DNA of 64,000 nt from an uncultured Actinomycetota bacterium (GTDB taxonomy: Bacteria; Actinomycetota; Actinomycetes; JAFAQI01): the NCBI GenBank assembly GCA_963770565.1, contig CAVYQE010000011.1, positions 832,001 to 896,000 on the forward strand, written 5' to 3'. Below are positions 9,808-20,687 of this stretch, one piece after another. Every line of letters starts with the position of its first letter. The first letter of the stretch is position 1. The notes under the pieces are model-generated. The model searched no databases, was not told where the DNA came from, and worked only from the letters and a program-made list of their open reading frames with translations. The position numbers and the translations under genes were made by a program.

Positions 9808-10596
9808 TCAGCGCATCTTGCCGCGGGGGACCCGGGTCGGCATCGGCCCCTTGGGCAGCGGCATGCTCGGCCCGCCGAGCGCCTTCATCCGGGCCTCGAC
9901 CCCGTTGACCTCGGACTTCTTGAGGTTGCGCGGCAGCTTCACGACGTGCTGCTGCAGCTTGCGGATCGTCACCTGGCCCTCGCCGTCACCGACGAGTACT
10001 TCGTAGACCGGCGTCTCCGGCGCGACCCGGCCGATCCGCTTCTTCTGGTCGGAGATGAGCTGGCGGATCGCCGACGGTGACGGACCCTCGCCGACCAGTA
10101 CGATGCCGGGGCGGCCGATCACCCGATGGACCAGGTCCTGGTTGCGGGTGAAGGCGACCGCGGGCGTCACCCGCCAGTCGCCGCGCATGCCCTGCAGGAT
10201 CGCGGCTGCGGCGCCCGGCCGGCCCTCGACCTGCGCATACATCGTCTTGGTCGCACGCCGGCCGAAGATCGTCGTACCGGTGATCATCGCCGCGAGCACC
10301 GCGATGATCGAGAGCACCACGATCAGATGCAGCAGGATGCCCAGCACCACGAGGATCACGAGGACCGCCAGCGCGGGCCCGAGGATGAGCGGGATCGCCT
10401 TCGGATCCTGCTCGCGGGTCATCTTCCAGACGGCGCGGACCTGGGCGGCGCGGCCGGTCGGAGCGCCCGAGTCGGCCTCGGCCTTCGAGGAGCCCCGGGA
10501 GGCGTTGCGGCCCGTGTCGCGGCCGGAGCCCTTGGCGCCGGACTTGCTCGGGGCAGGCGCGGACGCCTTCGTCGGTCTGCGGAAGCTGCGGGCCAT
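9808..10596 (-). CDS. DUF4191 family membrane protein
   Basis: Two TM helices, VHRVIGRPGIVLVGEG, PLPKGPMP; conserved position between lipA and RDD/glnA. Confidence 0.88.
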   Translation of the reverse strand: MARSFRRPTKASAPAPSKSGAKGSGRDTGRNASRGSSKAEADSGAPTGRAAQVRAVWKMTREQDPKAIPLILGPALAVLVILVVLGILLHLIVVLSIIAVLAAMITGTTIFGRRATKTMYAQVEGRPGAAAAILQGMRGDWRVTPAVAFTRNQDLVHRVIGRPGIVLVGEGPSPSAIRQLISDQKKRIGRVAPETPVYEVLVGDGEGQVTIRKLQQHVVKLPRNLKKSEVNGVEARMKALGGPSMPLPKGPMPTRVPRGKMR

Positions 10597-10606
10597 GCCC
10601 GCGAGT

Positions 10607-10840
10607 CTATGAGCCGACGGCTCGCGCTTGGCTCACCGAAGCGTCAGCGCCGACCGAAGCCTGGGTCGGCCCGGCCGCGGCCACCGCGGTCGCCATCACC
10701 TCCGCGGCCTCGGCCCGCTCCCGCGCGCGCTTTGCGTCGGCCGACATCGCGGCCCACGCGTTGCGCCGCGCGGCGCGCTGGCCGCCGTCGGCCCACACCG
10801 CCCTCGCGACTGTTCGCAACACGTCTGGCATGAGAGCCAT
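10607..10840 (-). CDS. Small conserved protein, SCO2195-like (GlnR-regulated family)
   Basis: GGQRAARRNAW motif; directly downstream of lipA. Confidence 0.65.
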   Translation of the reverse strand: MALMPDVLRTVARAVWADGGQRAARRNAWAAMSADAKRARERAEAAEVMATAVAAAGPTQASVGADASVSQARAVGS

Positions 10841-10900
10841 GGTGCCCGTGGGTTATGACGGCCGCGTTGCCCCGCGGTGAACGGTTTGGGTCAATTTCGC

Positions 10901-11830
10901 TTAAGAAGTGCGCGCGGCGATCGCCTGCTGGTAGAGCCGCCCGGCCCGGTACGACGACCGCACCAGCGGGCCGCTCAGTACGCCCGCGAAGCCGATCGAC
11001 TCGGCGACCGCGGCCAGCTCGACGAACTCCTCCGGCCGCACCCACCGCTCGACCGCGTGGTGTCGCGGCGACGGCCGGAGGTACTGGGTGATCGTGACCA
11101 GGTCGCAGCCGGCGTCGTACAGGTCGGCCAACGCATCCTCGACCTCCGCACGGGTCTCGCCCAGCCCGAGGATCAGGTTCGACTTCGTCACCATGCCGGC
11201 GGCGCGCGCGGCGGTGATGACCGACAGCGAGCGGTCGTAGCGGAACGCCGGCCGGATCCGCTTGAAGATTCGCGGCACGGTCTCGAGGTTGTGCGCGAAG
11301 ACCTCGGGCGCGGCATCGAAGACCTGCGCCAGCAGCTCCGGGCGGGCCGAGAAGTCGGGTGCGAGCAGCTCGACGCCGGTGCCCGGGTTGAGCCGGTGGA
11401 TCGCGCGGACCGTCTCGGCGTACAGCCAGGCGCCCTCATCGTCGAGGTCGTCGCGCGCGACGCCGGTGATCGTCGCGTACCGCAGCCCCATCGCCTGCAC
11501 GCTCTCCGCGACCCGGCGCGGTTCGTCGAGGTCGAGCGGCTGCGGCTTGCCGGTGTCGATCTGGCAGAAGTCGCAGCGCCGGGTGCACTGGTCGCCGCCG
11601 ATGAGGAACGTCGCCTCCCGGTCCTCCCAGCACTCGTAGATGTTGGGGCAGCCGGCCTCTTCGCAGACCGTGTGCAGGCCCTCCCGCTTGACCAGCGCCT
11701 TGAGCTCGGTGAACTCAGCCCCCATCCGGGCCCGGGTCTTGATCCACGGCGGCTTCTTCTCGATCGGTACGGCGGAGTTGCGGGCCTCGACCCGCAGCAA
11801 CCTGCGCCCCTCCGGGGCCACCGCCGTCAC
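10901..11830 (-). CDS. lipA: Lipoyl synthase
   Basis: [25 protein letters not shown]. Confidence 0.97.
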   Translation of the reverse strand: MTAVAPEGRRLLRVEARNSAVPIEKKPPWIKTRARMGAEFTELKALVKREGLHTVCEEAGCPNIYECWEDREATFLIGGDQCTRRCDFCQIDTGKPQPLDLDEPRRVAESVQAMGLRYATITGVARDDLDDEGAWLYAETVRAIHRLNPGTGVELLAPDFSARPELLAQVFDAAPEVFAHNLETVPRIFKRIRPAFRYDRSLSVITAARAAGMVTKSNLILGLGETRAEVEDALADLYDAGCDLVTITQYLRPSPRHHAVERWVRPEEFVELAAVAESIGFAGVLSGPLVRSSYRAGRLYQQAIAARTS

Positions 11831-11893
11831 GAAATCGAGCCTACGCGCCGGGCCGGTGCGCGCGTGGCCCCCCTCGCGCACCCCCACCCTCGC

Positions 11894-11950
11894 TGATCTT
11901 GACGTTGGAGGCGCACAACCCGGGCTTGTGTGCCTCCAACGTCAAGATCA
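11894..11950. repeat. REP-like hairpin, family D
   Basis: 25-bp stem TGATCTTGACGTTGGAGGCGCACAA / TTGTGTGCCTCCAACGTCAAGATCA with one mismatch. Confidence 0.75.
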
Positions 11951-11966
11951 CGGCGAGAGCCGGGGG

Positions 11967-12698
11967 TCACGGCAGGACGGTCAGGTCGTCGCCGGCCGAG
12001 ACCGTGCCCGGCTCGAGCACCCGGGCGTAGATCCGCGACCAGCCCGGGTGCAGCTCGTGCGCCATCCGCCGGAAGTCGCCGTCGGCGAACCACGGCGCGT
12101 TCTTGCTGCACGGGGTCGAGTAGGTCGTCGTCTCGAGCAATGCGGTCCCGGCCCGGATCCGCTGCCCCGGGGTCACACTCGCCCAGTGGAGCCCGCGGAC
12201 GGCGATGTTCTCCCCGGCGTACCCGGGCGCGATCGGATGGCCTTCGGCGACCAGCTGGTCGATCACGTCCGCAGACCACAAGCAGACCGCCTGCCACGGG
12301 CGGCCGTGGTGCTCACGGTCGTCCTGCCGATCGGCGGTCAGGCCGGACCACTCGATCAGCGCCGGGCCGGCGATCTCGTGCTTGGGTACACCGCCTCGGC
12401 TCGCGTTGAGCTGCTCGACCGTGCCGTGCTGAGACGGGGTCGCGCGATGGCGGATCCGGGCGGCGTGCGCGATGGCATGCCACGGGCGGTGCACCTCGGC
12501 GAGGTTGTCGTCGTACGAGCCGCCGCGCCGGACGGCCGCCACGATCTCGGCGTCCGGCCGGAGGTCGGCGGCGATGTCGGGCGGCGCGCCGTCGGCAAGA
12601 TGCTCGAACCATGCCCCGACCACCCGCAGCGTGGTGAGGGCGTCCATCGGATTCCACTGGGCCGGGTCGAAGCCGCACTCGTCGCAGGCCGGCGTCAT
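11967..12698 (-). CDS. MOSC-domain protein with N-terminal CxxC/DinB-like region
   Basis: GGVPK, HHGRPWQAVCLW, GENI, TPCSK, RIYARVLEPG; CDECGF at N-terminus. Confidence 0.85.
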   Translation of the reverse strand: MTPACDECGFDPAQWNPMDALTTLRVVGAWFEHLADGAPPDIAADLRPDAEIVAAVRRGGSYDDNLAEVHRPWHAIAHAARIRHRATPSQHGTVEQLNASRGGVPKHEIAGPALIEWSGLTADRQDDREHHGRPWQAVCLWSADVIDQLVAEGHPIAPGYAGENIAVRGLHWASVTPGQRIRAGTALLETTTYSTPCSKNAPWFADGDFRRMAHELHPGWSRIYARVLEPGTVSAGDDLTVLP

Positions 12699-12760
12699 GC
12701 CACGATCATCGCAACCCGGCGCGGCGGAATCGACGGAGTTTCTTGCGCCGCGGGTCGCGG

Positions 12761-13405
12761 CTAGATCGGCGCGTGGACCGGGTCGAGTACCTGCAGCAGC
12801 GCGGCCTCGACGACCGGCAGCGCCTCGGCCACGGTGACGTCGCGGCCGAGCTCGCGGCTCAGCGACGTCACGCCCGCGTCGGTGATGCCGCACGGCACGA
12901 TCTGGTCGAAGCCGCCGAGGTCGCAGTCGCAGTTCAGCGCGAAGCCGTGCATCGTGACCCCGCGCGCGACCCGGACCCCGATCGCGGCGACCTTGCGGTC
13001 CGGCCCGCGCGAGTCGGCCGGCACCCACGTGCCGCTGCGCCCGTCGACCCGTACCGTCGCGAGCCCGAGCGCCTCGCAGGCCGCCATCATCGCGTCCTCG
13101 AGCCGCCGGACATGCCCGATCACGTCGATCGGCTTCGGCAGCATGACGATCGGGTAGCCGGTGAGTTGGCCGGGGCCGTGCCAGGTGATCTTGCCGCCGC
13201 GGTCGACGTCGACGACCGGCGTACCGTCGGCCGGCCGCTCCCAGACCTCGGTCCGCCGGCCCGCGGTGAAGACCGGGTCGTGCTCGAGCAGCAGCACGGT
13301 GTCGCCGATCTCGCCGGCCACCCGCCGCGCGTGCAGGTCGCGCTGCATCGCCCAGGCCTCGTCGTACCCGACCCGGCCGAGCCGTACCAGCTGCACCGCG
13401 CTCAC
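12761..13405 (-). CDS. lipB: Lipoyl(octanoyl) transferase
   Basis: [46 protein letters not shown]. Confidence 0.96.
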   Translation of the reverse strand: MSAVQLVRLGRVGYDEAWAMQRDLHARRVAGEIGDTVLLLEHDPVFTAGRRTEVWERPADGTPVVDVDRGGKITWHGPGQLTGYPIVMLPKPIDVIGHVRRLEDAMMAACEALGLATVRVDGRSGTWVPADSRGPDRKVAAIGVRVARGVTMHGFALNCDCDLGGFDQIVPCGITDAGVTSLSRELGRDVTVAEALPVVEAALLQVLDPVHAPI

Positions 13406-13477
13406 CCCTTCACGGTACGTCGCGCGGCCTGTGGATAGCGACGCCGTCGCGACCGCGATCCCTGCTCGAATGCAGCG

Positions 13478-14968
13478 ATGGACGAAGCGTTTGCGGTCAC
13501 GGGGTATGTCGTCGAGCAACTGATCGGCAGCGGTGGCGCGGGTGAGGTCTGGCGCGGGCGGGACGTCGTGACCGGCGACCCGGTTGCGCTGAAGCTGCTG
13601 CGCGGGCGGGGGGCGGCCGCGACCGAGCGGCTCCGGCGGGAGGCAGCCGTGCTCGCCTCGGTGGCCGGGCCGCATGTGATCGGCGTACGCGACTTCGTCG
13701 TCGAGGACGGCGCGGCGGTGTTGGTGATGGACCTCGCGGCCGGTGGCAGCCTGGCCGGGCTGCTCGCCTCCCGCGACCGGTTGTCGGCGCCCGAGACGGT
13801 GACGATCCTCGCGCCGTTGGCGACCGCGCTCGCCGCGGCGCATGCTCGCGGCCTGGTCCACGGCGACCTGACCCCGGCCAACATCCTGTTCTCGGGCGAC
13901 GGCCGGCCGCTGCTGGCCGACTTCGGGGTGGCCCGCGCGATCGGGTCTGCATCCGAGCCGGTTGAGGGGACGGTCGACTTCATGGATCCGGCTGTTCTCG
14001 GCGGGGCCGCGCCGACCGCGGCGAGCGATGTGTTCGCCCTCGGCGCGGTCGGCTTCCTCGCGTTGTGCGGCGAACCGTACTGGGGGACCGGCACGGTCGA
14101 CCAGGTCCAGGGTCGCGCGTTGGTCGGGATTCGGCCGGCCCTCGACGAGGTGCTGCCCGGCCTGCCGCACGCCTTGGTGGCCGCGATCGAGGCCGCGCTC
14201 TCGCACGATCCGCACGACCGGCCGGACGCGCGGTCGCTGGCCGACGCGGTGCTGCGCGCGTGCGCGGCGGCTCCGGTCCGGCTCGCGTTGCCCGCCATCC
14301 CGATCAGGATCCCGATCACCGAGTTGGTGCGACCCGCGGTCGGGATCGACCAGGACTTCGTCCGGCAGCTGGAGGCGCAACCGCCGCGGGTGCCATCGCC
14401 CTGGCGGCGGCACGCGACCGTCGCGGCCGGCGCGGTCGTGGCGATGGTCGGCTCGGCCGTCCTCGGCGTGCAGCTCGGCCACTACGGCGGCAACCAGGCG
14501 CCGTCGCTCCACGCTTTGCCGACACAGCTGAGCGGCGCCGCTGCGGCGATTCACAGCAGCCCGCCGCTCCAGGTCGACCTGGATCCGGACCCGAATTGGC
14601 GCGCGTTGGCTAGTCGGCTTGACGACGCGCGGGCGGCCGCGTTCGAGCAGGCTGATCCCTCTCGGTTGGCGGACGTGTACGTCGTGGGTTCGTCGGCGTA
14701 CTCGACCGATCATGCGACCGTCGCGTCGCTGGCCAGCCGTGGCCTGCACGCGAGCGGCTTCCAGGCCACCGTCGAGCACGTCACCGTCGACTCGTCGAGC
14801 GTGACCGGGGCGCGGCTGCGGGTGGTCGACCGACTCAGCGCCTACGACCTGCTCGACTCCACCGGGCGCGTGGTCGGGCACGGCGCGGCCCGGCCGGACC
14901 GCGCCTTCACGATGCGGCTCACGTGGTCGGCCGGCAAGTGGCGAGTCAGCCAGATCACCCCGGCCTAG
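13478..14968 (+). CDS. Membrane-anchored Ser/Thr protein kinase
   Basis: [34 protein letters not shown]; TM helix then extracellular domain. Confidence 0.9.
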   Translation: MDEAFAVTGYVVEQLIGSGGAGEVWRGRDVVTGDPVALKLLRGRGAAATERLRREAAVLASVAGPHVIGVRDFVVEDGAAVLVMDLAAGGSLAGLLASRDRLSAPETVTILAPLATALAAAHARGLVHGDLTPANILFSGDGRPLLADFGVARAIGSASEPVEGTVDFMDPAVLGGAAPTAASDVFALGAVGFLALCGEPYWGTGTVDQVQGRALVGIRPALDEVLPGLPHALVAAIEAALSHDPHDRPDARSLADAVLRACAAAPVRLALPAIPIRIPITELVRPAVGIDQDFVRQLEAQPPRVPSPWRRHATVAAGAVVAMVGSAVLGVQLGHYGGNQAPSLHALPTQLSGAAAAIHSSPPLQVDLDPDPNWRALASRLDDARAAAFEQADPSRLADVYVVGSSAYSTDHATVASLASRGLHASGFQATVEHVTVDSSSVTGARLRVVDRLSAYDLLDSTGRVVGHGAARPDRAFTMRLTWSAGKWRVSQITPA

Positions 14969-15057
14969 CCCCACCAATGGCCCATGCGTGGGGCTATAGC
15001 CCCACCAATGGGCCATGCGTGGGCCGATAGCCCCACCGATGGGCCATGCGTGTGGGA
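14966..15057. repeat. REP-like family B, copy 1: three 31-bp tandem units
   Basis: TAGCCCCACC(A/G)ATGG(C/G)CCATGCGTGGGGCTA x3, no spacers. Confidence 0.85.
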
Positions 15058-15064
15058 CGGCCGG

Positions 15065-15976
15065 TCAGAGGATCGCGCGGAGGGCGGCGTCGACGTCGGC
15101 GTAGGTGAACTCGAAGCCGGCGTCGAGCAGTTTCTGCGGTACGACCCGCTGACTCACGAGCGCGCCCTCGTCGGCGAACCCGCCGAGCGCGAGCCGCAGC
15201 CCGAACCCCGGCACCCGCGCGATCGCCGGCCGATGCAGCGCGCGGCCGATCGCGGCCGTGTAGTCGCGGTTGCGGACCGGCTCGGGCGCGACCAGGTTGA
15301 CCGGTCCCGAGATCTCGTCGTGGACGAGCAGGAAACGGATCGCGGCGAGCTCGTCCGACAGAGCGATCCACGGCATCCACTGCCGCCCCGGGCCGAGCTT
15401 GCCGCCGACGCCGAGCTTGAACAGCGGCAGGACCTTGCCGAGCGCGCCACCCTCGGCCGCGAGCACGACGCCCGAGCGCATCATCACGGTCCGCACGCCG
15501 GCCTCGGACGCCGCTGCAGTGGAGGCCTCCCACTGCTGCACGACGTCGGCGAGAAACCCGGTGCCCGGCAGGTCGGACTCGTCGAGCACCTGCTCGCCGC
15601 GCTCGCCGTAGTAGCCGACCGCGCTCGCCGACAGCAGCGCCCGCACCTGGTCGCGATGCCGGGCGACCGCGTCGGCGATCGTGGTCGTGCCCTCGACCCG
15701 ACTGTCGAGGACGGCGCGCTTGTGCGTGTCGGACCAGCGCTTGTCGGCCACGCCGACCCCGGCGAGGTGGATGACGGCGTCGACGCCGTCCAGCGCCGCG
15801 TCGTCGATCTCGTGCCGGCTCGGGTCCCAGCGGAACTCTTCCGCCGACCGCGGCTCGCGCCGTACCAACCGTCGTACGACGTGCCCGTCCGCACTCAGCA
15901 CTCGGACCAGCGCCGAGCCGATCAGGCCGGACGATCCGGTAACGGCGACGGTCGTCTGGTTCGTCGCCTGAGACAT
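15065..15976 (-). CDS. TIGR01777-family NAD-dependent epimerase/oxidoreductase
   Basis: VTGSSGLIG, SASAVGYYG, GPGRQWMPWI, GPVNLVAP. Confidence 0.92.
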   Translation of the reverse strand: MSQATNQTTVAVTGSSGLIGSALVRVLSADGHVVRRLVRREPRSAEEFRWDPSRHEIDDAALDGVDAVIHLAGVGVADKRWSDTHKRAVLDSRVEGTTTIADAVARHRDQVRALLSASAVGYYGERGEQVLDESDLPGTGFLADVVQQWEASTAAASEAGVRTVMMRSGVVLAAEGGALGKVLPLFKLGVGGKLGPGRQWMPWIALSDELAAIRFLLVHDEISGPVNLVAPEPVRNRDYTAAIGRALHRPAIARVPGFGLRLALGGFADEGALVSQRVVPQKLLDAGFEFTYADVDAALRAIL

Positions 15977-15980
15977 CGGG

Positions 15981-17587
15981 CTAGAGACCTAACTCCGCTT
16001 CGAACTCGCCGGCCTCGAGCCGGTTCTTGACCGTGGTCAGGAACCGCGCGGCGTCGGCGCCGTCGACCATCCGATGGTCGTAGGTCAGCGCGAGGTAGAC
16101 GATGTTGCGCACCGCGATGACCTCGCCCGCGATCGGGTCGTCGATCACGACCGGGCGCTTCACGACCGCGCCGGTGCCGAGGATGCCGACCTGCGGCTGG
16201 TTGAGGATCGGCGTGTCGAACAGCGCGCCGCGCGAGCCGGTGTTGGTCAGCGTGAACGTCCCGCCGCCGAGCTCGTCCGGGGTGATGTGGTTGTCGCGGG
16301 TCCGCGCCGCGAGGTCGTCGACCTTGCGCGCGATGCCGGCCAGGTTGAGGTCGTTGGCGTCGCGCAGCACCGGCGCCAGCAGGCCACGCGGGGTGTCGAC
16401 CGCGATCCCGAGCTGCACGTTGTCGTGATAGGTGACCGTCCCGGCCTCGAGGTCGATCGAGGAGTTGAGCACCGGGTGCTCGCGCAGCGCCTCGCAGGTC
16501 GCCAGGACGAAGAACGGCAGGTACGTCAGCTTCACGCCCTCGCGCGCCGCGAACTCGGCCTTGGCCCGCTCGCGCAGCCGCGAGATCCGGGTCAGGTCGG
16601 CCTCGACCACCGTGGTCAGCTGCGCGCTGATCCGCAGCGACTCGGTCATCCGCTCGGCGATCACGGTCCGCAGCCGCGACAGCTTCTCGGTGCTGCCCCG
16701 ACTCGGTACGACGACCGGCGCGGCCGGCGCCGCGATTCGTGCCGGCGCCGCGGGAGCGGCAGCCGCGGGTGCGGCAGCCGCGGGTGCGGCCGGTGCAGGC
16801 GCCGGGGGAGCGGCTGCCACCGGTGCCGCAGGCGCAGCCGCCTCAGGAGCCGCAGCGGGCGCCGCAGCGGGCGCCGCAGATCCGTTCGCGGCGGCGTCGA
16901 GCACGTCCTGCTTGCGGATCCGGCCGCCGACACCCGTGCCGGTCAGGCTCGACAGCTCGACCCCATGCTCGGCCGCAAGCCGGCGTACCAGTGGGGTGAC
17001 GTACGACGGGGCCTGCCCGCCGTCGTCGGCCGCCGCTGCCGGGGCGGCCGCGGCCGGAGCCGGCGCGGGTGCCGCAGGCGGTGCCGGGGGCGCAGGCGGT
17101 GCCGGTGGCGCAGGCGGCGGAGGTGGCTCGGCGGCAGCAACCGGCGCGGGCTCGGCGGGAGCCGGTGGCGCCGGCTCGGCCGCAGCCGGCGGAGCGGCGG
17201 CTGCAGGGGCAGCAGGTGCGGGAGGCGTCGGTGCGGGCGCGCTCACGAACGGGGTCGAGGCGGCGGCCGGCGCAGGCTCGGCGGCCGGCGCAGGCTCGGC
17301 GGCCGGAGCGGGTGCAGCCTCGGCAGCCGGAGCAGCGCGCTGACTGCGGCGCCGTCGTCGATCAGGGCCAGTTCGGTGCCGACGTCGACGGTTTCGTCCT
17401 CGGCGACCTTGATGCTCGACAGCACCCCGCTGGCGGGCGACGGGATCTCGGTGTCGACCTTGTCGGTCGAGACCTCGAGCAGCGGCTCGTCGGCGTCGAC
17501 GTGGTCGCCTTCGGCCTTCAACCAGCGGGTGACGGTGCCTTCGGAAACGCTCTCGCCGAGGCGCGGCATCGTGACGGACACGGACAT
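15981..17587 (-). CDS. dlaT: Dihydrolipoamide acyltransferase E2 (apparent frameshift near 17338)
   Basis: Lipoyl domain [14 protein letters not shown], Ala/Pro linker, E3-binding [17 protein letters not shown]. Confidence 0.92.
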
Positions 17588-17605
17588 TGCTTCAGGGGCT
17601 CCTCG

Positions 17606-18985
17606 TCAGCCGTGACTGTGAAGTGGTTTGCCGGCCAGGGCGAGGTGGGCCTCGCCGACCGCTTCGGACAGGGTCGGGTGCGGGTGGATCAGCTGCGCGA
17701 CCTCGATCGGCAGCGCCTCCCAGTTCGTAATCAGCTGGCCTTCGGCGATCAGGTCCCCGACTCGCGACCCGACCATGTGGATGCCGAGGACCGGCCCGTT
17801 CTTGGCGGCGACGACCTTGACCGCGCCGCCGGTCTGCAGGATCTGGGCCCGGCCGTTGCCGGCCAGGTCGTACGTCGCCTCGACCACGTCGTAGCCGCGC
17901 TCGGCCGCCTGCGCGCTGGTGATGCCGACGCTCGCAACCTCGGGCTCGCAGTACGTCACCCGCGGCACCCCGTCGTAGTCGATCACCGGCGGGTTCAGGC
18001 CGGCGACCTGCTCGGCGACCATGATGCCCTCCCCGAAGCCGACGTGAGCGAGCTGCAGGCCCGGGCGCAGGTCGCCGATCGCGTAGATATTGGGCACGTT
18101 GGTCCGGCAGTGCGCGTCGACGGTGACGAAGCCGCGGTCCATCGCCACGCCGGCTTCGGCGTACCCGAGGCCGTCGGAGACCGGCCCGCGCCCGACCGCG
18201 ACCAACAGCACCTCGCCGTCGACGGTCTTGCCGTCCTCAAGGGTGACGGTGACGCCGGTGTCGGTGGTCTTGGCCGACGCGAACTTCACGCCGAGGTTGA
18301 AGGTGATCCCGCGCCGTCGGAACGCGCGCTCCAGCAGCTTCGAGCTCGACTCCTCCTCGGTCGGCACCAGGTGGGGGAGCGCCTCGACGATCGTGACGTC
18401 CGCGCCGAACGAGCGCCACACGCTGGCGAACTCGACCCCGATCACGCCACCGCCGAGCACGATCGCCGACGTCGGCACGTGGTCGAGGGTCAACGCGTGG
18501 TCGCTGGTGATGATCCGCTCGCCGTCGATCTCGAGCCCGGGCAGCGACCGCGAGTACGACCCGGTCGCGAGCACGACTGCCTTAGCTGCGGTGTACGTCG
18601 TACCGTCGACCTCCACCGTGTTGGCCGACGTCAAGCGTCCGCTGCCCTGCACGACCGTGATGCCGCGACCCTTGACCAGGCCGGACAGCCCCTTGTAGAG
18701 CCGGTCGACAACGCTGTCCTTGTAGTTGTTGACCCCGGCCATGTCGATGCCGTCGAGGCTCGAGCGGACCCCGACCTTCTCGCCCTCGCGCGCCGCGTCG
18801 GCGACCTCGGCGGCGTGCAGCAGCGCCTTGGTGGGGATGCAGCCGCGGTGCAGGCAGGTGCCGCCGACCTTGTCGCGCTCGATCATCACGACCGACAGGC
18901 CCAGCTCGGCCGCCCGCAGAGCGCACGCGTAGCCGCCGCTGCCGCCCCCGAGAATGACCAGGTCGGCGGTCTGCGGGTCAGCCAC
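17606..18985 (-). CDS. lpdA: Dihydrolipoyl dehydrogenase
   Basis: GGGSGG, GGTCLHRGCIPTK, HPHPTLSE. Confidence 0.97.
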   Translation of the reverse strand: MADPQTADLVILGGGSGGYACALRAAELGLSVVMIERDKVGGTCLHRGCIPTKALLHAAEVADAAREGEKVGVRSSLDGIDMAGVNNYKDSVVDRLYKGLSGLVKGRGITVVQGSGRLTSANTVEVDGTTYTAAKAVVLATGSYSRSLPGLEIDGERIITSDHALTLDHVPTSAIVLGGGVIGVEFASVWRSFGADVTIVEALPHLVPTEEESSSKLLERAFRRRGITFNLGVKFASAKTTDTGVTVTLEDGKTVDGEVLLVAVGRGPVSDGLGYAEAGVAMDRGFVTVDAHCRTNVPNIYAIGDLRPGLQLAHVGFGEGIMVAEQVAGLNPPVIDYDGVPRVTYCEPEVASVGITSAQAAERGYDVVEATYDLAGNGRAQILQTGGAVKVVAAKNGPVLGIHMVGSRVGDLIAEGQLITNWEALPIEVAQLIHPHPTLSEAVGEAHLALAGKPLHSHG

Positions 18986-19128
18986 GGCGCGTCTCCTTGG
19001 TTGGGCTAGGCCGGGAAGTGAGCGGTCTCGAGCCGGGTCAACGGCCGTCGAGCGTCCATTCTTTCACCCGTGCAACATCTGCTGCACCAGCGGTTAGTCC
19101 GGCTGCCGGGCAGGCGCCCGGCCGAGGG

Positions 19129-20646
19129 TCAGCCGGCCCGGCCCGCCAGCCACTCGACCAGGGACCGGATCGGCACTCCGGTGCCGCCCTTCGGGGTGTA
19201 GTCGTGGACCTCGCCCTGGTTCCAGGCCGGGCCGGCGACGTCGAGATGCGCCCACGGTGTGGAGTCCGGTACGAACTCGCGCAGGAACAGCCCGGCGACG
19301 AGCATGCCGCCGTTGCGGTCCCCGGTGTTGGTGAGGTCGGCCGAGTCGGAGTCGAGGGACTTGCGCAGGTCCTCCGGCAGCGGCATCGGCCAGGCCTGCT
19401 CGCCGGCCGCATCGGCCGCGCTGACCAGCTCGGTCCGGAGGTCGTCGTCGTTGGACATCACGCCGTAGACCCGTGAGCCCAACGCGACCAGTGCCGCGCC
19501 GGTCAGCGTCGCGATGTCGACGATCGTCGTGGCACCTTCCTCGCCGGCCCGCACGATCGCGTCGGCCATCACCAGCCGGCCCTCGGCGTCGGTGTTCATG
19601 ACCTCGACGGTCTTGCCGCCGCGCATGGTGAGGATGTCGGAGGGCCGGATCGCCTTGCCGCTCGGCATGTTCTCCGCGGTCGCGACCCAGCCGACCACGT
19701 TGACCGGAAGCTTGAGCAGCGCGATCGCCTGCATCGTCCCGATCACCGCGGCCGCGCCGCCCATGTCGGCCTTCATCCACTCCATCGCGGTCGGCGGCTT
19801 GAGCGACAGCCCGCCGGTGTCGAATGTGATGCCCTTTCCGACCAGGTGGATCGCCTTGCCGGTGCCCGCGCCCGACCACTCGATCCGGACCAGCCGCGGC
19901 GGGTTGGCCGCGCCCTGGCCGACGCCGACAATGCCGCCGTGCCCGCCCTCGGCCAGCACGACCTCGTCGTACACCTCGACCGCGCAGCCGGCCGGCTCGC
20001 AGGCCTCGACCGCGGCCGCCGCGAGGTCGGCCGGGTGCAGGTCGGCGGCAGGCGTGTTGACCAGGTCGCGGCAGAGGGCAACCGCGTCGCCGATGATCGT
20101 GGCCCGGTCGAGCGCGGCGCGGGCGTCCTTGTCGCGCGGATCCGGTACGACGATCGCCGCGCTGGTCACCTCACGCTTGTGGTCGCGGCGCGAGGCCCGG
20201 CTGCGGTATTTCGTGAACGCGTAACCGCCGAAGGCCGCGCCCTCGGCGACCGGCCGGATGCCGTCGCCGTTCGCCGAGCCGTTGACGGCCGCGAGGCCGG
20301 TCGCGATCCGCCGGGTGCCGGCCAGGGTGCGCACCGCGGTGCCGACCGCGCGGCGAACGGCTTCGTCCGAGTAGGCCCCGTCCCGCTTCGGCGCGTCGCC
20401 GAGCCCGACCGCGACGACCAGCGGTGCCTTGGTGGCGCCGAGGGTGGGGATCTTGGTGATCTCGCCGGCCCGGCCGGTGGCGCCGAGCTGGCTCAACGCC
20501 GTACCGAGCCGCTTCTTCATCGCCTTGTCGACGCTCTCCGCACCGGGGGCGACGACGAGGGAGCCGTTCTTGTTCGCGACCCCGATGACGAGGGCGTCCA
20601 CGTTGAGCTCGGCGAGCGGGGTGTTCGACAGCGTGATTCGGGTCAT
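19129..20646 (-). CDS. pepA: Leucyl aminopeptidase (M17)
   Basis: VGKGITFDTGG, MKADMGG, NTDAEGRL, ATLTGA. Confidence 0.96.
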   Translation of the reverse strand: MTRITLSNTPLAELNVDALVIGVANKNGSLVVAPGAESVDKAMKKRLGTALSQLGATGRAGEITKIPTLGATKAPLVVAVGLGDAPKRDGAYSDEAVRRAVGTAVRTLAGTRRIATGLAAVNGSANGDGIRPVAEGAAFGGYAFTKYRSRASRRDHKREVTSAAIVVPDPRDKDARAALDRATIIGDAVALCRDLVNTPAADLHPADLAAAAVEACEPAGCAVEVYDEVVLAEGGHGGIVGVGQGAANPPRLVRIEWSGAGTGKAIHLVGKGITFDTGGLSLKPPTAMEWMKADMGGAAAVIGTMQAIALLKLPVNVVGWVATAENMPSGKAIRPSDILTMRGGKTVEVMNTDAEGRLVMADAIVRAGEEGATTIVDIATLTGAALVALGSRVYGVMSNDDDLRTELVSAADAAGEQAWPMPLPEDLRKSLDSDSADLTNTGDRNGGMLVAGLFLREFVPDSTPWAHLDVAGPAWNQGEVHDYTPKGGTGVPIRSLVEWLAGRAG

Positions 20647-20687
20647 GGTGGCGAATGCTAACCCCGCAACCGGTAACGTCGCGGTTC

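Noticed and set aside
10855-10885. GlnR box upstream of the SCO2195-like gene (TTCAC-n6-GCAAC-n6-GTCAT)
   Set aside because: The spacing fits but the match is too degenerate to call by eye.
13478-14968. Kinase with HGDLT catalytic loop as a pseudokinase
   Set aside because: VALK, the catalytic Asp/Asn and DFG are intact; such variants occur in actinobacterial non-RD kinases.
14966-15057. 31-bp repeats (also 59307-59393) as a CRISPR array
   Set aside because: The units abut with no unique spacers, and there are no cas genes in the window.
15981-17587. dlaT split into a free lipoyl domain and a catalytic protein
   Set aside because: A single shift near 17338 in the GC-rich linker rejoins the parts; same error pattern as glnA and ctaD.
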